Source: Gemmatimonadales bacterium (GTDB lineage: Bacteria; Gemmatimonadota; Gemmatimonadetes; Gemmatimonadales; GWC2-71-9). From it: a DNA stretch of 64,000 nt. Both the position numbers and the translations under genes were made by a program. Where the stretch lies: contig JBFJCP010000015.1 of the NCBI GenBank assembly GCA_041615815.1, positions 41,605 through 105,604 on the forward strand, written 5' to 3'. Every line of letters starts with the position of its first letter. Positions within the stretch are counted from its first letter, which is position 1. Below the pieces are notes generated by a model, which had not been told where the DNA came from, ran no database searches, and saw nothing but the letters and a program-made list of their open reading frames with translations. Below are positions 10,059 to 20,031 of the stretch, piece by piece.

Positions 10059-12524
10059 TTATTCGTCCCGCAGCACCGCGAGCGGCTCGACCCGGGTGGC
10101 TCTCCCTGCAGGCAGCAGACACGCAGCGGCCGCCACCGCGCTCAGCAGCACGGCCACACCACCGTAGGTCACGGGGTCGGCAGGGCTCACGCCATACAGC
10201 AGGGCGGTGAGGAGACGGCTCAGCCCGAATGCCGCCAACAGACCGACACCCACGCCGATCAGGGTCAGCAGCATGCCCTGGCGAAACACCAGGAAGCGCA
10301 CATTCTGCCGGCTGGCGCCGAGTGCCATCCGCACGCCGATCTCGTGGGTCCGTTGGCCCACAGAGTACGAAATCACACCGTAAATCCCCACGGTCGCGAG
10401 AAGCAACGCGATACCGGCGAACGTGACGAGCAACAGGAGATTGAACCGTGGTTGAGCCACTGCGCTCCCGACCCTGTCGCGCATTGTCTGAACATCCGAA
10501 ACGGGCTGGTCCGAATCGAGCGCCCATACCTCGCCACGGATGCTGCTCGTGAGTGCCACCGGATCGCTCGCGGTGCGCACGGCGAGATACATCGTCCCCA
10601 CGGGGAATTGCGGATGCGGGAAGTAGACCTGTTCGCGACCAACGGTACTGAGGTCGTAGTGCTTCGAGTGGCGCACAACCCCGATGACCTCGCGCCAGAT
10701 CAACTCTCCTTCGTCGTTACGGTTGATGGCCACCCGCTTGCCAATCGGCTCTTCCGTGGGCCAGAACCGCCGGACGAACTCCTCGTCGACCATAGCCACC
10801 AACGGCGCTTCCGACCCGTCGAACGCGTTGAACGTTCGCCCCTGCAAGAGCTGCACTCCCATGGTCTCGAAGTACTCAGGCGTGACCCACCGTCGGTCCG
10901 CCTCGATGAACGGATGCTGCGCCCCATGCACTGGCGTGACGGTACGCGATTCATTCACCCGTGTGGTCCCGGACGTGTACGATCCGCTGAGTGGGAGATG
11001 GGAGATGGCACCCGCTTGGGATACCCCCGGCAAGGCCCGCACGCGCTCGAGTAGCTGACTGTAGAACGCTTGCTGCGCCGGCCCGTCGTACCGGCTCGAC
11101 GGCAGCGCGATCCGCATGGTGAGTAAGTTGTCCGTGCGATACCCCGGATTGGCGCGAAGCAGGTTGTCGAGGCTTCGAATCATGAGTCCCGCACCAACCA
11201 ACAAGACGAGCGCCAGCGCCACCTCCGCCACCACGAGCGCAGTCCGAACCCTCCGTCCGCCCACACCACTCGTGGCCCCTCGACCCCCTTCTTTGAGTGA
11301 CCCCACGATCGACTGACGCATTCCATAGACCACCGGGGCGAGCCCAAAGAGCACGCCGGTCACCAACGCAATGGCGAGCGTGTACCACAGGACCGATCCA
11401 TCGACCCCCACCACGTCCCGGAGCGGCAGATCCGAGGGCGCCACCGCCATCACGACCCGAATGAGACCAAACGCCAGGACGAGACCCAAGAGCCCACCCA
11501 CCAACGCGAGCACAACACTCTCGGTCAGGAGCTGTCGGACGAGTCTGGTGCGATCCGCCCCAATGGCGGTCCGCACCGCGATCTCGCGTTCACGTCCCGC
11601 GGCACGGGTCAGCTGCAGGTTGGCGACATTCACGCACGCAATCAGGAGCACGAATCCCACAGCGCCGAGCAGAATGAGCAGTGCGGGTCTCACATCCTCG
11701 ACGAGATCCGCGTGCAGAGACAGGACCGTGACACCCCACCCGGGGAAATCGTAGTAGTCGGGCGACTGCTCTTGAATCTGCAGCGCCACGCGGTCCATGT
11801 CGGTCTGAGCCTGCTCCAGCGATACGTCGTCGGCGAGCCGCCCGAAGGCCCGAAGGAAATGGCTTCCGCGGTTCAATTCGGGATACGTCGTCCCAAACAC
11901 CGGCACCATGGGCACCCACACATCGATCGCATCGGGGAACTGCGCATCGGGATGGCGGACCGCAAAGCCAGGCGGTAGCACCCCAATTACGGTGTAGGTC
12001 GTGCCGTTCGCGGTGATCGTCTGGCCCACCATCGCGGGATCCGCGCCAAACCGACGTCGCCAGAATCCATGACCCAGGACCGCCACGGGATTGGAGGCCG
12101 GAGTGTCGTCGTCTGGTCCAATGAGCCGTCCGTAGAGCGGACGCACGCGCATCACCCGAAAAAACGTCCCCGAGGCGGCAGCGGCATCGATCTGTTCTGG
12201 CTCACCCAAGCCGGTGAAGCTCACCGTCGTCGGAGCAACCACCGCAATGGCATCGAACAGCGTGGCAAATTCCTGCATCTCGGCATACTCGGGACCCGAG
12301 ACCCAGTTCTGTGGGAGGTCGGCGCCGAAATTGGTCCAAATCAACGCCAGACGATCGGGATCCTCGTAGGGAAGCGGCCGGAGCAGCACACCGTTCACCA
12401 CGCTGAAGACTGCCGTGTTGGCACCGATCCCCAACGCAAGCGTGAGCGCAGCGACGCTCACAAAGACGGGATTGTGCTTGAACGATCGAAATGTGTAGCG
12501 GAGATCCTGAAGCAGCGCTTCCAC
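10059..12524 (-). CDS. Duplicated MacB/FtsX-type ABC transporter permease (ADOP-like)
   Basis: (V)EALLQDLRYTFR start; ALGIGANTAVFS; LLIACVNVANL; EIGVRMALGA. GTG start inferred from similarity to 5929..8325. Confidence 0.95.
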   Translation of the reverse strand: MEALLQDLRYTFRSFKHNPVFVSVAALTLALGIGANTAVFSVVNGVLLRPLPYEDPDRLALIWTNFGADLPQNWVSGPEYAEMQEFATLFDAIAVVAPTTVSFTGLGEPEQIDAAAASGTFFRVMRVRPLYGRLIGPDDDTPASNPVAVLGHGFWRRRFGADPAMVGQTITANGTTYTVIGVLPPGFAVRHPDAQFPDAIDVWVPMVPVFGTTYPELNRGSHFLRAFGRLADDVSLEQAQTDMDRVALQIQEQSPDYYDFPGWGVTVLSLHADLVEDVRPALLILLGAVGFVLLIACVNVANLQLTRAAGREREIAVRTAIGADRTRLVRQLLTESVVLALVGGLLGLVLAFGLIRVVMAVAPSDLPLRDVVGVDGSVLWYTLAIALVTGVLFGLAPVVYGMRQSIVGSLKEGGRGATSGVGGRRVRTALVVAEVALALVLLVGAGLMIRSLDNLLRANPGYRTDNLLTMRIALPSSRYDGPAQQAFYSQLLERVRALPGVSQAGAISHLPLSGSYTSGTTRVNESRTVTPVHGAQHPFIEADRRWVTPEYFETMGVQLLQGRTFNAFDGSEAPLVAMVDEEFVRRFWPTEEPIGKRVAINRNDEGELIWREVIGVVRHSKHYDLSTVGREQVYFPHPQFPVGTMYLAVRTASDPVALTSSIRGEVWALDSDQPVSDVQTMRDRVGSAVAQPRFNLLLLVTFAGIALLLATVGIYGVISYSVGQRTHEIGVRMALGASRQNVRFLVFRQGMLLTLIGVGVGLLAAFGLSRLLTALLYGVSPADPVTYGGVAVLLSAVAAAACLLPAGRATRVEPLAVLRDE

Positions 12525-12633
12525 GGCCGACTCCCGCAGTGAGGGCTCAGGTTGGAACGGCTCACTGGAGGTTGGACACACTCAACCCCGAGAAGGTTTA
12601 CGTGACCGCACCCGAAGGAGTTTCGCGCTCTCT

Positions 12634-14145
12634 CTACGACGCTCCCGCCAGTTCGACGAGCATCGCCGTGTACATCTCGAGGTTCAACAGAAGTTGCGCC
12701 CGTGTCATGAACTCGTGTTCGCTGTGCCCGGTGTATGGCTCGCCCGGCATCGCCGGTCCAAAGTTCACCCCGAACGGAAGCAGCCGGGCATTGGTGCCAC
12801 CACCGATGGCAATGGGTTGGGCGTCCTCCATGCCGGAATAGAATCGGAAAATGTCGAGCAACACCGGCACTTGCGGCGCGTCGTCGATGTAGTACGGCTC
12901 ACCGATGAGTGTCGAAATCCCCGCGTCGATCCCCGTCTCCCGCTTCCAGGATTCCACCGCTTCATCAATCGCGCGCTCGAGCGCTTCCCCGCTCATGCCC
13001 ACCGGACTGCGGATGTTGATGCCGGCAACGAGTGTATCGGCATCACCCGGGCCCAGCATCGTGAGGGAGAGGGTGAGGGGACCCATGAAGTCGTGCTCGT
13101 AGGCTACTTTGCCGAAGCGTTCGCCGTAGTCGCCGGTGCCAACGAGATCATTCACCATACGAACCATCCGACCGGCTTGCGTCGATGGCCAATCATGCAC
13201 GCCCAGGAGAGCAGCGAGGTGGGTGATGGCGTTTCGGCCTTGCCACGGCTTGGACGAGTGAGCCGCGAGACCTCGAGCCGCGACATTCAGTGTGTCCCCC
13301 ACCCGCTCGAACGTGAATTGCGCGAGACTGTCGCTGGCCGCGGCCTCGCGCAACGCGTGCTCCAGCTCCAACGAAGGCCCCATGATCGTGGCCTTGGCAT
13401 CCTCCGGAATCTGGGACAGGAATTCGCCACCCGTGAAAGCCGCGAGCCGGGGACCCGGACCGGCTGTCCGATCCGGAGGGATCTTGAGAAAGACGCCGTT
13501 CCAGGCTTTCTCCGCGATCACCACGGGATATTCGGAATCCAACGCCACGTTGATGCCCGGAGGATCCCACTGCGCCACGAACTCCCGAATCGGTCCCCAG
13601 TCCGACTCCTCCGTATAGGTGATGACAAGCTCGATACGGCGCTCGAGCGGGACGCCGCGATCACGCACGGCACGCATCGCATAGAGCGCGGCGGCAATGG
13701 GGCCCTTGTCGTCCTCGACCCCCCGGCCAATGAGCCGCCCATGCTCACTGTGCGCATCCAACTGGAAGGGGTCCTCCATCCATTTGGCCGGATCCGCCGG
13801 CTGGACGTCGGCGTGAGCCAGCACACCGAGGCGCTCATCGGCATCGCCGAGCCCAATGATGATCACGGCGCCGTGATCGACGAAATCGAGTCCGAGGTCG
13901 GCGGCGAGCTGGGCCAGATACGCGGTCAACGCCCGAAACTCGGGATGCTCGGCGTTGGGAATCCCGTCCTGTGCCACCGTTCGGAACGCGATCAATTCAC
14001 CGAGCCGCCGTTCGACGGAGTCCCCATAGGTCTCGACGGCGTAGCTCGCCACGTCTCGAGCTAGCGCAGAGGGAGTGGGCGCTCGCTCGCCGCACGCGAC
14101 CAGGAACGCTAGTCCCACGAGCAGGCCAAGACCGTGAGGTCTCAC
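12634..14145 (-). CDS. M20 family dipeptidase (PepV/Sapep-like) lipoprotein
   Basis: Lipobox FLVAC; HADVQP, GRGVEDDKGP, EES, AHSS-P-GRNA, GGGT and GHSEHE motifs. Confidence 0.9.
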   Translation of the reverse strand: MRPHGLGLLVGLAFLVACGERAPTPSALARDVASYAVETYGDSVERRLGELIAFRTVAQDGIPNAEHPEFRALTAYLAQLAADLGLDFVDHGAVIIIGLGDADERLGVLAHADVQPADPAKWMEDPFQLDAHSEHGRLIGRGVEDDKGPIAAALYAMRAVRDRGVPLERRIELVITYTEESDWGPIREFVAQWDPPGINVALDSEYPVVIAEKAWNGVFLKIPPDRTAGPGPRLAAFTGGEFLSQIPEDAKATIMGPSLELEHALREAAASDSLAQFTFERVGDTLNVAARGLAAHSSKPWQGRNAITHLAALLGVHDWPSTQAGRMVRMVNDLVGTGDYGERFGKVAYEHDFMGPLTLSLTMLGPGDADTLVAGINIRSPVGMSGEALERAIDEAVESWKRETGIDAGISTLIGEPYYIDDAPQVPVLLDIFRFYSGMEDAQPIAIGGGTNARLLPFGVNFGPAMPGEPYTGHSEHEFMTRAQLLLNLEMYTAMLVELAGAS

Positions 14146-14387
14146 GCCGGTGTCGGCCCCTGGGCTTCGAGGACGACCTTGCCGCCCGGCATATAGGCGC
14201 GGATATCATCGGTCGACCCCCGGCGGACTTCGCTGGTCCCATAAATGTTGCCTTCGGTGGCGTACAGCTCGAAGTAGGTACCGTCGGTAAACACCAGAAA
14301 CACCTGACTCTGCGGCGTCCGGGTACGCTCCTTGACCAGTACGGCCCGGATCGTCTTACCGACGACGTGTTTGAGGCCGTGTTTCAT
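14142..14387 (-). CDS. Small hypothetical protein
   Basis: 81 aa; GGAGG RBS; GTGA overlap with the peptidase start; SQVFLVFTDGTYFELY beta-rich core. Confidence 0.7.
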   Translation of the reverse strand: MKHGLKHVVGKTIRAVLVKERTRTPQSQVFLVFTDGTYFELYATEGNIYGTSEVRRGSTDDIRAYMPGGKVVLEAQGPTPA

Positions 14388-14573
14388 TTGGCAGTCCTCC
14401 AACGAGTGGGGCCCTCAAGATTGGCATGGCGATACCGCTGGAGGCAATGGGGTTGGGGACGGGAGCGGCTGCCGCGGCTCGATCCCATCCCTCCCATCCG
14501 AGTGACACTCATCACGGCCACCTCGCAGTGGCGGGACTAGGTTAGCCTCACCTCTCCTCCCTCGAGAAACTCG

Positions 14574-16961
14574 ATGTTCTCACGAAGCTTCGGCGCGCCA
14601 CTCGTGCTGTTGGCAACCATCGCGACCGGCTGTCTGGTAGACGGACCGCAAGTCCCCGCCTCGATCGTGTTGGACGCCGGCACGGTCACGTTCGATGCCA
14701 TTGGCGCCACCCAGCAACTGACGGCCACGGTGCTGGATCAGGACGGAAGCCCCATCGCCGATGCCACCGTGCATTGGTCCACGGGGGATGATCAGGTGGC
14801 GATCGTGAACGCCAATGGCTTGGTCACGGCCATGGGCAACGGCGGCACGCAGATCACGGCGACCGTCGACCTGGTGACGGGTCAGACCACCGTCACGGTC
14901 CAACAAACGCCGGCCCAGGCCACGGCGGCGTCCGGCAACGCGCAGATGGGAACAGCCGGCAGCGCGCTGGGCGATCCCGTTGTCGTGAGAATCACCGACC
15001 GACTCGACCAACCGATCCAAGGGGTTGCCGTCACCTTCGCGGTCACCGGAGGCGGCGGCAGCGTGGATCCCACGGCGGACACGACAGGGGTCACGGGTGA
15101 GGCCGCGGCGACCTGGACGCTGGGACCAGCCGTGGGGAGCAACACCCTCGAAGTCACGATTGGCGGCATTGCCCCGGTCAGCTTCACAGCCACGGCCATG
15201 ACTGGCCCACCGGCAACCGTGGCCGCGGCGGGAGGGGACGGGCAAACCGCAACGGTCGATACGCCGGTCTCCACCGCCCCTTCCGTGATCGTCACCGACG
15301 CCGGCGGTCGCGCCGTGGAAGGCGTGACCGTCACCTTCCAAGTGGCCACGGGAGGCGGAAGCGTCACGGGAGGCACCCAGACCACGGATGCCACCGGAAC
15401 CGCCACGGTGGGCGCGTGGCGGTTGGGCCAGACTGCCGGGCAAAACACACTCACCGCAACGGTCTCCGGGCTGCCGGCGGTCCCGTTCGCGGCCACTGGG
15501 GAGGCAGGGCCCGCCACCAATCTCGCGATCGCTGACGGGGACGGCCAATCGGCATCGGTGAATACCGACGTGGCGGTTCCTCCGGCGGTGCTCGTGACGG
15601 ACGCCTTCGCCAACCCGGTGGCAGGCGAGAGTGTGGCGTTCGTCGTGACGGTCGGGGGTGGCATGGTCAGCGGATCCCCGGCGCTAAGCGGAAGCGACGG
15701 CATCGCGCAGGTGACCGCCTGGACCCTGGGCCCGGCCGAAGGCGCCAACGCGCTGGAAGCGGCGGCGGCCGCGACCGGCCCCGTGACCTTCAACGCTACG
15801 GGGACGGCGGGGACGTCGCCGGGCTCGGTGATGATCGCGGACGGTGATGGGCAGACCGGGCTAGTGAGTACCCCTGTGAATTTTGCCCCTGCCGTGCAAC
15901 TGCTGGACGCGGGCGGCAATCCGGTGGCCGGTGTCGAGGTGGTGTTTGCACCGACGAGTGGCGGGGGAAGCGTGACCGGCGGAACGATCATGACTGACAC
16001 CAACGGAAGGGCGGCTGTGGGAGGCTGGACGCTCGGCCCGTCCGCTGGCACTCACACGCTCACCGCCACGGTGACCGGGAGTGGTATCACAAACAACCCG
16101 ATCACGTTTACGGCTACGGCGGTCACAGCGGCGTTCGACATCGAGGTTCGGCACGTGGCGTCACCCACCGCCTCACAACAGGCGGCGTTCGACAACGCCG
16201 TGGCTCGGTGGGAGCAGCTTTTGATCGGGGACCTGACAGATGTCGATTTCACGTCCAGCCCGGTGGCGGCCGGTGCGTGCGGCGTCGATCATCCCCAAAT
16301 CAACGAGGTAGTGGACGACCTGATCATCTACGCCGAGCTGGAGCCGATCGATGGCCCGGGATCGGTCTTGGGATCGGCCGGGCCCTGCATCGTACGGTCG
16401 GGCGGCGGGCTCACGATCGTGGGCATCATGCGCTTCGATACGGACGATCTCGACGGCCTCGAATCGTCGGGTCAACTCGAGGCCGTGATCCTCCACGAGA
16501 TGGGGCACGTCCTGGGGCTGGGCACGTTGTGGGGTGGCTTCCTGCAAAACCCCTCGCTCCCCAACAGTCCGGGTGTGGATACACACTTCGACGGCGCCAC
16601 GGCGATCAAGGCGTTCGACCTCGCGGGTGGCACCGACTACGGCGGCGGCGCCAAGGTACCGGTCGAGAACGAGCAGGGCGGACAGGGAACCCGGGACGCG
16701 CACTGGCGGGAATCGGTGTTCGATACGGAACTCATGACCGGGTTCCTCGACAGCGGGGCCAATCAGCTTTCCATCGTGACCGTCGGCTCGTTTGGTGACA
16801 TCGGGTATCTATTCAGTTTTGCTGGGACGGACGAATATGCCACACCGGCCCCGATGGCTGCGGCCGTAGCCGGCGGCCATATCGAGTTGGTGGATGACCT
16901 CTGGTTTGGGCCGCTGTGGATGGTGGACGCGGTGGGGAGGGTGACCCGCTCGGTGCGGTGA
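14574..16961 (+). CDS. Lipoprotein with bacterial Ig-like repeats and a C-terminal leishmanolysin-like (M8) zinc metallopeptidase
   Basis: Lipobox IATGC; Big-like domain plus four GDGQ/GNAQ-started repeats; IDGPGSVLGSAGP; HEMGH zinc motif; HWRE..ELMT. Confidence 0.9.
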   Translation: MFSRSFGAPLVLLATIATGCLVDGPQVPASIVLDAGTVTFDAIGATQQLTATVLDQDGSPIADATVHWSTGDDQVAIVNANGLVTAMGNGGTQITATVDLVTGQTTVTVQQTPAQATAASGNAQMGTAGSALGDPVVVRITDRLDQPIQGVAVTFAVTGGGGSVDPTADTTGVTGEAAATWTLGPAVGSNTLEVTIGGIAPVSFTATAMTGPPATVAAAGGDGQTATVDTPVSTAPSVIVTDAGGRAVEGVTVTFQVATGGGSVTGGTQTTDATGTATVGAWRLGQTAGQNTLTATVSGLPAVPFAATGEAGPATNLAIADGDGQSASVNTDVAVPPAVLVTDAFANPVAGESVAFVVTVGGGMVSGSPALSGSDGIAQVTAWTLGPAEGANALEAAAAATGPVTFNATGTAGTSPGSVMIADGDGQTGLVSTPVNFAPAVQLLDAGGNPVAGVEVVFAPTSGGGSVTGGTIMTDTNGRAAVGGWTLGPSAGTHTLTATVTGSGITNNPITFTATAVTAAFDIEVRHVASPTASQQAAFDNAVARWEQLLIGDLTDVDFTSSPVAAGACGVDHPQINEVVDDLIIYAELEPIDGPGSVLGSAGPCIVRSGGGLTIVGIMRFDTDDLDGLESSGQLEAVILHEMGHVLGLGTLWGGFLQNPSLPNSPGVDTHFDGATAIKAFDLAGGTDYGGGAKVPVENEQGGQGTRDAHWRESVFDTELMTGFLDSGANQLSIVTVGSFGDIGYLFSFAGTDEYATPAPMAAAVAGGHIELVDDLWFGPLWMVDAVGRVTRSVR

Positions 16962-17042
16962 CCGGGGCGGGGAGCCGACCCTCCTCAGGCCGTCATGGAG
17001 CCTGGGGCACCGGGTCGTCGCCCGCCAGGACACCCGGCTCGT

Positions 17043-18233
17043 CTACGCCGCGCTCGGAGACGGCTCCAACAGCTCCGTGGCGATCGCCTCGAGCATGAGC
17101 TCACGCGCGCGAGCCACGATTTCGTCGAGCGAGGGTGTGGTCGCGAAGACCTTCCGGGCCCGTTCACGTAGTTGGTCCACGGTTGGCACGTGCGGCAAGT
17201 GCATCTCGCTGAGCATGGCCACCGCATCGGCGCGGGCGGTGCGCGCCCGAGCACGCAGCTCCTCGAGCGTGGGCGTGTGTGCCCATGCCTCCCGCAGTTG
17301 GGCGCCCATCCGCTCGACCGACAACGTCGCCGCGAGCTGCCGCGCCACCTTCTCGACCGTACGGCGACCCAGCTTCCGCTCGTTGCGTACGAGAGCCCTG
17401 GGCGGCTCGTTGAGATCCCACACGATGCGTGCCCACGACAGCAGCTTGAGGGCATAATACGTGGGATCGAACTCCCACCACCGAAATCCCTGACGGGTGG
17501 ACGCCATGTAGGCGTGGTGATTGTTGTGCCACCCCTCGCCCAGGGTGATGAGTGCCAGCCACCAGTTGTTCCGCGAATCGTCGCCGGTCACATACCGCTG
17601 CTTCCCATAGACATGCGCCAGCGAGTTGATGCTGAATGAGCCGTGGTACAGAAGCACCGTGCTCCAAAAAAAGCCAACCACCAGCCCCGGCCAGCCAGCC
17701 AAAAGCCACGTTCCCACCCCCAGCAGCGTGGCCGGCACGTAGGGGTGCCGGTCCAGCCAGACCAGTTCGGGAAATCGTGTGAGGTCGGGAACCGCCGAGT
17801 AGTCCGTCTCCGTCTGGCGCGGCACGAAGATCCAGCCCACGTGCGCATACCAGAATCCCCGCTGCCCTGGGGAGTGGACATCCAATTCGGAATCGGAGTG
17901 CTTGTGGTGGTGCCGGTGTTTCGCGGCCCACCACAGAATCCCGCGCTGGGCCGAGCTCTGGGCGAGCGCCGCGAGGACGAACTGGCCAACCCGGCTCGTC
18001 CTGAAGGCCCGGTGCGAAAAGTAGCGGTGATAGCCCGCCGTCACCGCAAACATGCGCATGAAATAGAGGACGACGCCGATCGCCAGCGCCTCAAGAGTGA
18101 CCCCAGTCCAGAACGCGGCCAGACAGACCAGATGCACGAGCACGAACGGGATCGGCCCGGGATAGATGATGTCGTCGTGCGGTTGGGGCTGGGGCGCTTG
18201 CCAGCCACGGGAAATGGTGCCCTTCGACGCCAT
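17043..18233 (-). CDS. Membrane fatty-acid desaturase (delta-9 acyl-CoA/acyl-lipid type)
   Basis: Three His boxes HRYFSH, HRHHH and HNNHH; GEGWHNNHH. GGAGG upstream favours ATG 18233. Confidence 0.93.
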   Translation of the reverse strand: MASKGTISRGWQAPQPQPHDDIIYPGPIPFVLVHLVCLAAFWTGVTLEALAIGVVLYFMRMFAVTAGYHRYFSHRAFRTSRVGQFVLAALAQSSAQRGILWWAAKHRHHHKHSDSELDVHSPGQRGFWYAHVGWIFVPRQTETDYSAVPDLTRFPELVWLDRHPYVPATLLGVGTWLLAGWPGLVVGFFWSTVLLYHGSFSINSLAHVYGKQRYVTGDDSRNNWWLALITLGEGWHNNHHAYMASTRQGFRWWEFDPTYYALKLLSWARIVWDLNEPPRALVRNERKLGRRTVEKVARQLAATLSVERMGAQLREAWAHTPTLEELRARARTARADAVAMLSEMHLPHVPTVDQLRERARKVFATTPSLDEIVARARELMLEAIATELLEPSPSAA

Positions 18234-18417
18234 GCGCATCCTCCGGATGGTGGAATGATCCAACGACGGACTGAACCGAGGAGTGCATCGCGGTGGGCGC
18301 AGCACCAGCGTTCGAGCCACCCCAAAAGGGGGCGGCGGCTGGGGAAGATACCGGCTCTGCGGTTCTTGTCGGCAGCTGCAAGCTAACGGAAGACCGTGTC
18401 CGACACCAGCCTACGCC

Positions 18418-18446
18418 TTTTCAGAATGCCCTCAACCCGCTATAAT
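18418..18446 (+). promoter_or_regulatory. Putative sigma70-type promoter
   Basis: TTTTCA-N17-TATAAT (perfect -10) in a GC-rich intergenic region upstream of 18625. Confidence 0.5.
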
Positions 18447-18624
18447 TCGAGGGCGGAGAATTAGCCATCGAACTCCGTCTTTCCGATGTTTCGCTTCCTC
18501 CTGGAGTCGCGATCGTTCATTCAGTGTCGCATTGGTCCACGCTCCCGTCTGTGACGTTCGGTCGCTTTCGGGTCCTCATCGGGCCGGGAGCGCCCGGCAC
18601 CTTAGCTCGCGATGGCGTTGCGGC

Positions 18625-18837
18625 ATGACGGAGATCCCCACGCGGTACTTCAGATTCAAAAAGAACCGCTGCCCCCGTTCGGTGAAATGGCTTGACCGCG
18701 ACGGGATTTATGAAGGCAAGTTGATGTCGATGACGAAACGGGTCGTTCGCCTGTATGCTCCGGAGGGAACACCCGACGACCCGCATGTCGATGTCTCCTA
18801 CGATTGGCTCATTCCGGTGCAAGGAGGCCCGCATTGA
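18625..18837 (+). CDS. Small hypothetical beta-rich protein (70 aa)
   Basis: MTEIPTRYFRFKKNRCPR...VSYDWLIPV. Stop TGA overlaps the TTG start of the next gene. Confidence 0.65.
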   Translation: MTEIPTRYFRFKKNRCPRSVKWLDRDGIYEGKLMSMTKRVVRLYAPEGTPDDPHVDVSYDWLIPVQGGPH

Positions 18838-19520
18838 AGTTGTCACCCCCGCTGAAAAAGCCCGTGAAGGTGGGAGAACTGTTGCGTCGACGCTTGAAAG
18901 AGACCGAGCGCACGCCGGAGGAGTTGGCCGAGGCGGCGCAGGTACCACCGGAGTACATCGACGACCTGCTCGCCGGTCGGCGACGTCCTCCGCGTCCCGG
19001 ACGTACGGATCTCTACCAGAAGATGACGGCCTTTCTCCGGCTCAGTCGGAACGATCTCGCGTTGTGCGCTCGGGCCGAGCGAGAGGAGAGCGCGCCGAAG
19101 CGGGCTGCCGGTCCCAAGCCCAAGGTCCGGCGCTTGCTGCTCGAGTTGTGCGAGCCGACGACGGCCGAGGAGCTCGAGCGCCGGCGAACCAAAGACGGGG
19201 GGGCTGAATTCGTCGACCTCATCCAGCGCCTACTCGACGTGGCTCAGGGGGCGGTGCGCAAGGTGTTGGACGACCAAATCGGGCTCCGGATTGCGGCCGA
19301 GCGAAGCGGCGGGAGTTACGTCGCCGCCCGCTTCAGCGTCTTGGAGTTTCTGGACGCAACGCCGGACAGCCTCACGGTCGATCACCTCACACGGTTTCTG
19401 CGGCCTCGCGTGGCCATGTGGGACGTCGACTTGGAAACCGGCGTCCTGCGCGTCGTGCTGCGCGGTCAGGAGCCTCAAGATCGGTATCGACGCAAGCCAA
19501 GCCGCAAGGCGGCCTTCTAG
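18834..19520 (+). CDS. XRE/Cro-like HTH protein with uncharacterised C-terminal domain
   Basis: GELLRRRLKE..TPEELAEAAQVPPEYIDDLLAGRRRPP HTH; AAGGAGG RBS before TTG 18834. Confidence 0.8.
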   Translation: MKLSPPLKKPVKVGELLRRRLKETERTPEELAEAAQVPPEYIDDLLAGRRRPPRPGRTDLYQKMTAFLRLSRNDLALCARAEREESAPKRAAGPKPKVRRLLLELCEPTTAEELERRRTKDGGAEFVDLIQRLLDVAQGAVRKVLDDQIGLRIAAERSGGSYVAARFSVLEFLDATPDSLTVDHLTRFLRPRVAMWDVDLETGVLRVVLRGQEPQDRYRRKPSRKAAF

Positions 19521-19578
19521 CAGGAGGCCGTCCACGCCCGGCGTCCACAGCCGGGATCCACCGCTCGCAGCATACATC

Positions 19579-19622
19579 CGCCGAGCCTTCGCACCATCAA
19601 ATGGACGGAGGCTCGGCGTTTC
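19579..19622 (+). terminator. Putative intrinsic terminator
   Basis: CGCCGAGCCTTCG / CGGAGGCTCGGCG 13-bp stem followed by TTT, after the HTH gene. Confidence 0.55.
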
Positions 19623-19848
19623 ACTGCAGCCCTCGCAGCGGTCTCGATCGGCGGAGCCGGCTCACAACCACTCACGGTGCGGGCCACCCCTGTACCCGCC
19701 CTGCAACCAACTTCACTAATTCCTCATCGATGGCGCCCCATGCTTCAACGGTATCCCTCGGTGCACTTGTCAGTGACGGCGAGGTGCCGTGGGAATGTTG
19801 GGACTGAAGGAGTTTCTCCTTGTTTCCTACGGGTGTTGGGAGGGCGTT

Positions 19849-20022
19849 ATGAAACCCACGATGGAAAGGGATCGAATCCAAGCCCTCGAAGACCGACTGG
19901 CGAGCCTGGAGGAGCAGTACCGGCACCTGAACCGTCGGACCGCGGAGCTCGACCGGTTGGCCGAAGAGGTCGCGAATCTCAAGATCGAGATCGAAGAACG
20001 CACCGTGTTTGGGGAAGGATGA
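19849..20022 (+). CDS. Small coiled-coil protein
   Basis: GGGAGGG RBS; heptad pattern IQALEDRLASLEEQYRHLNRRTAELDRL. Confidence 0.65.
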   Translation: MKPTMERDRIQALEDRLASLEEQYRHLNRRTAELDRLAEEVANLKIEIEERTVFGEG

Positions 20023-20031
20023 GGTAACGCG

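Noticed and set aside
9877..10527. N-terminal extension of the 8932..10527 ORF
   Set aside because: It overlaps the permease 3' end out of frame; PolX-like homology starts at ATG 9876.
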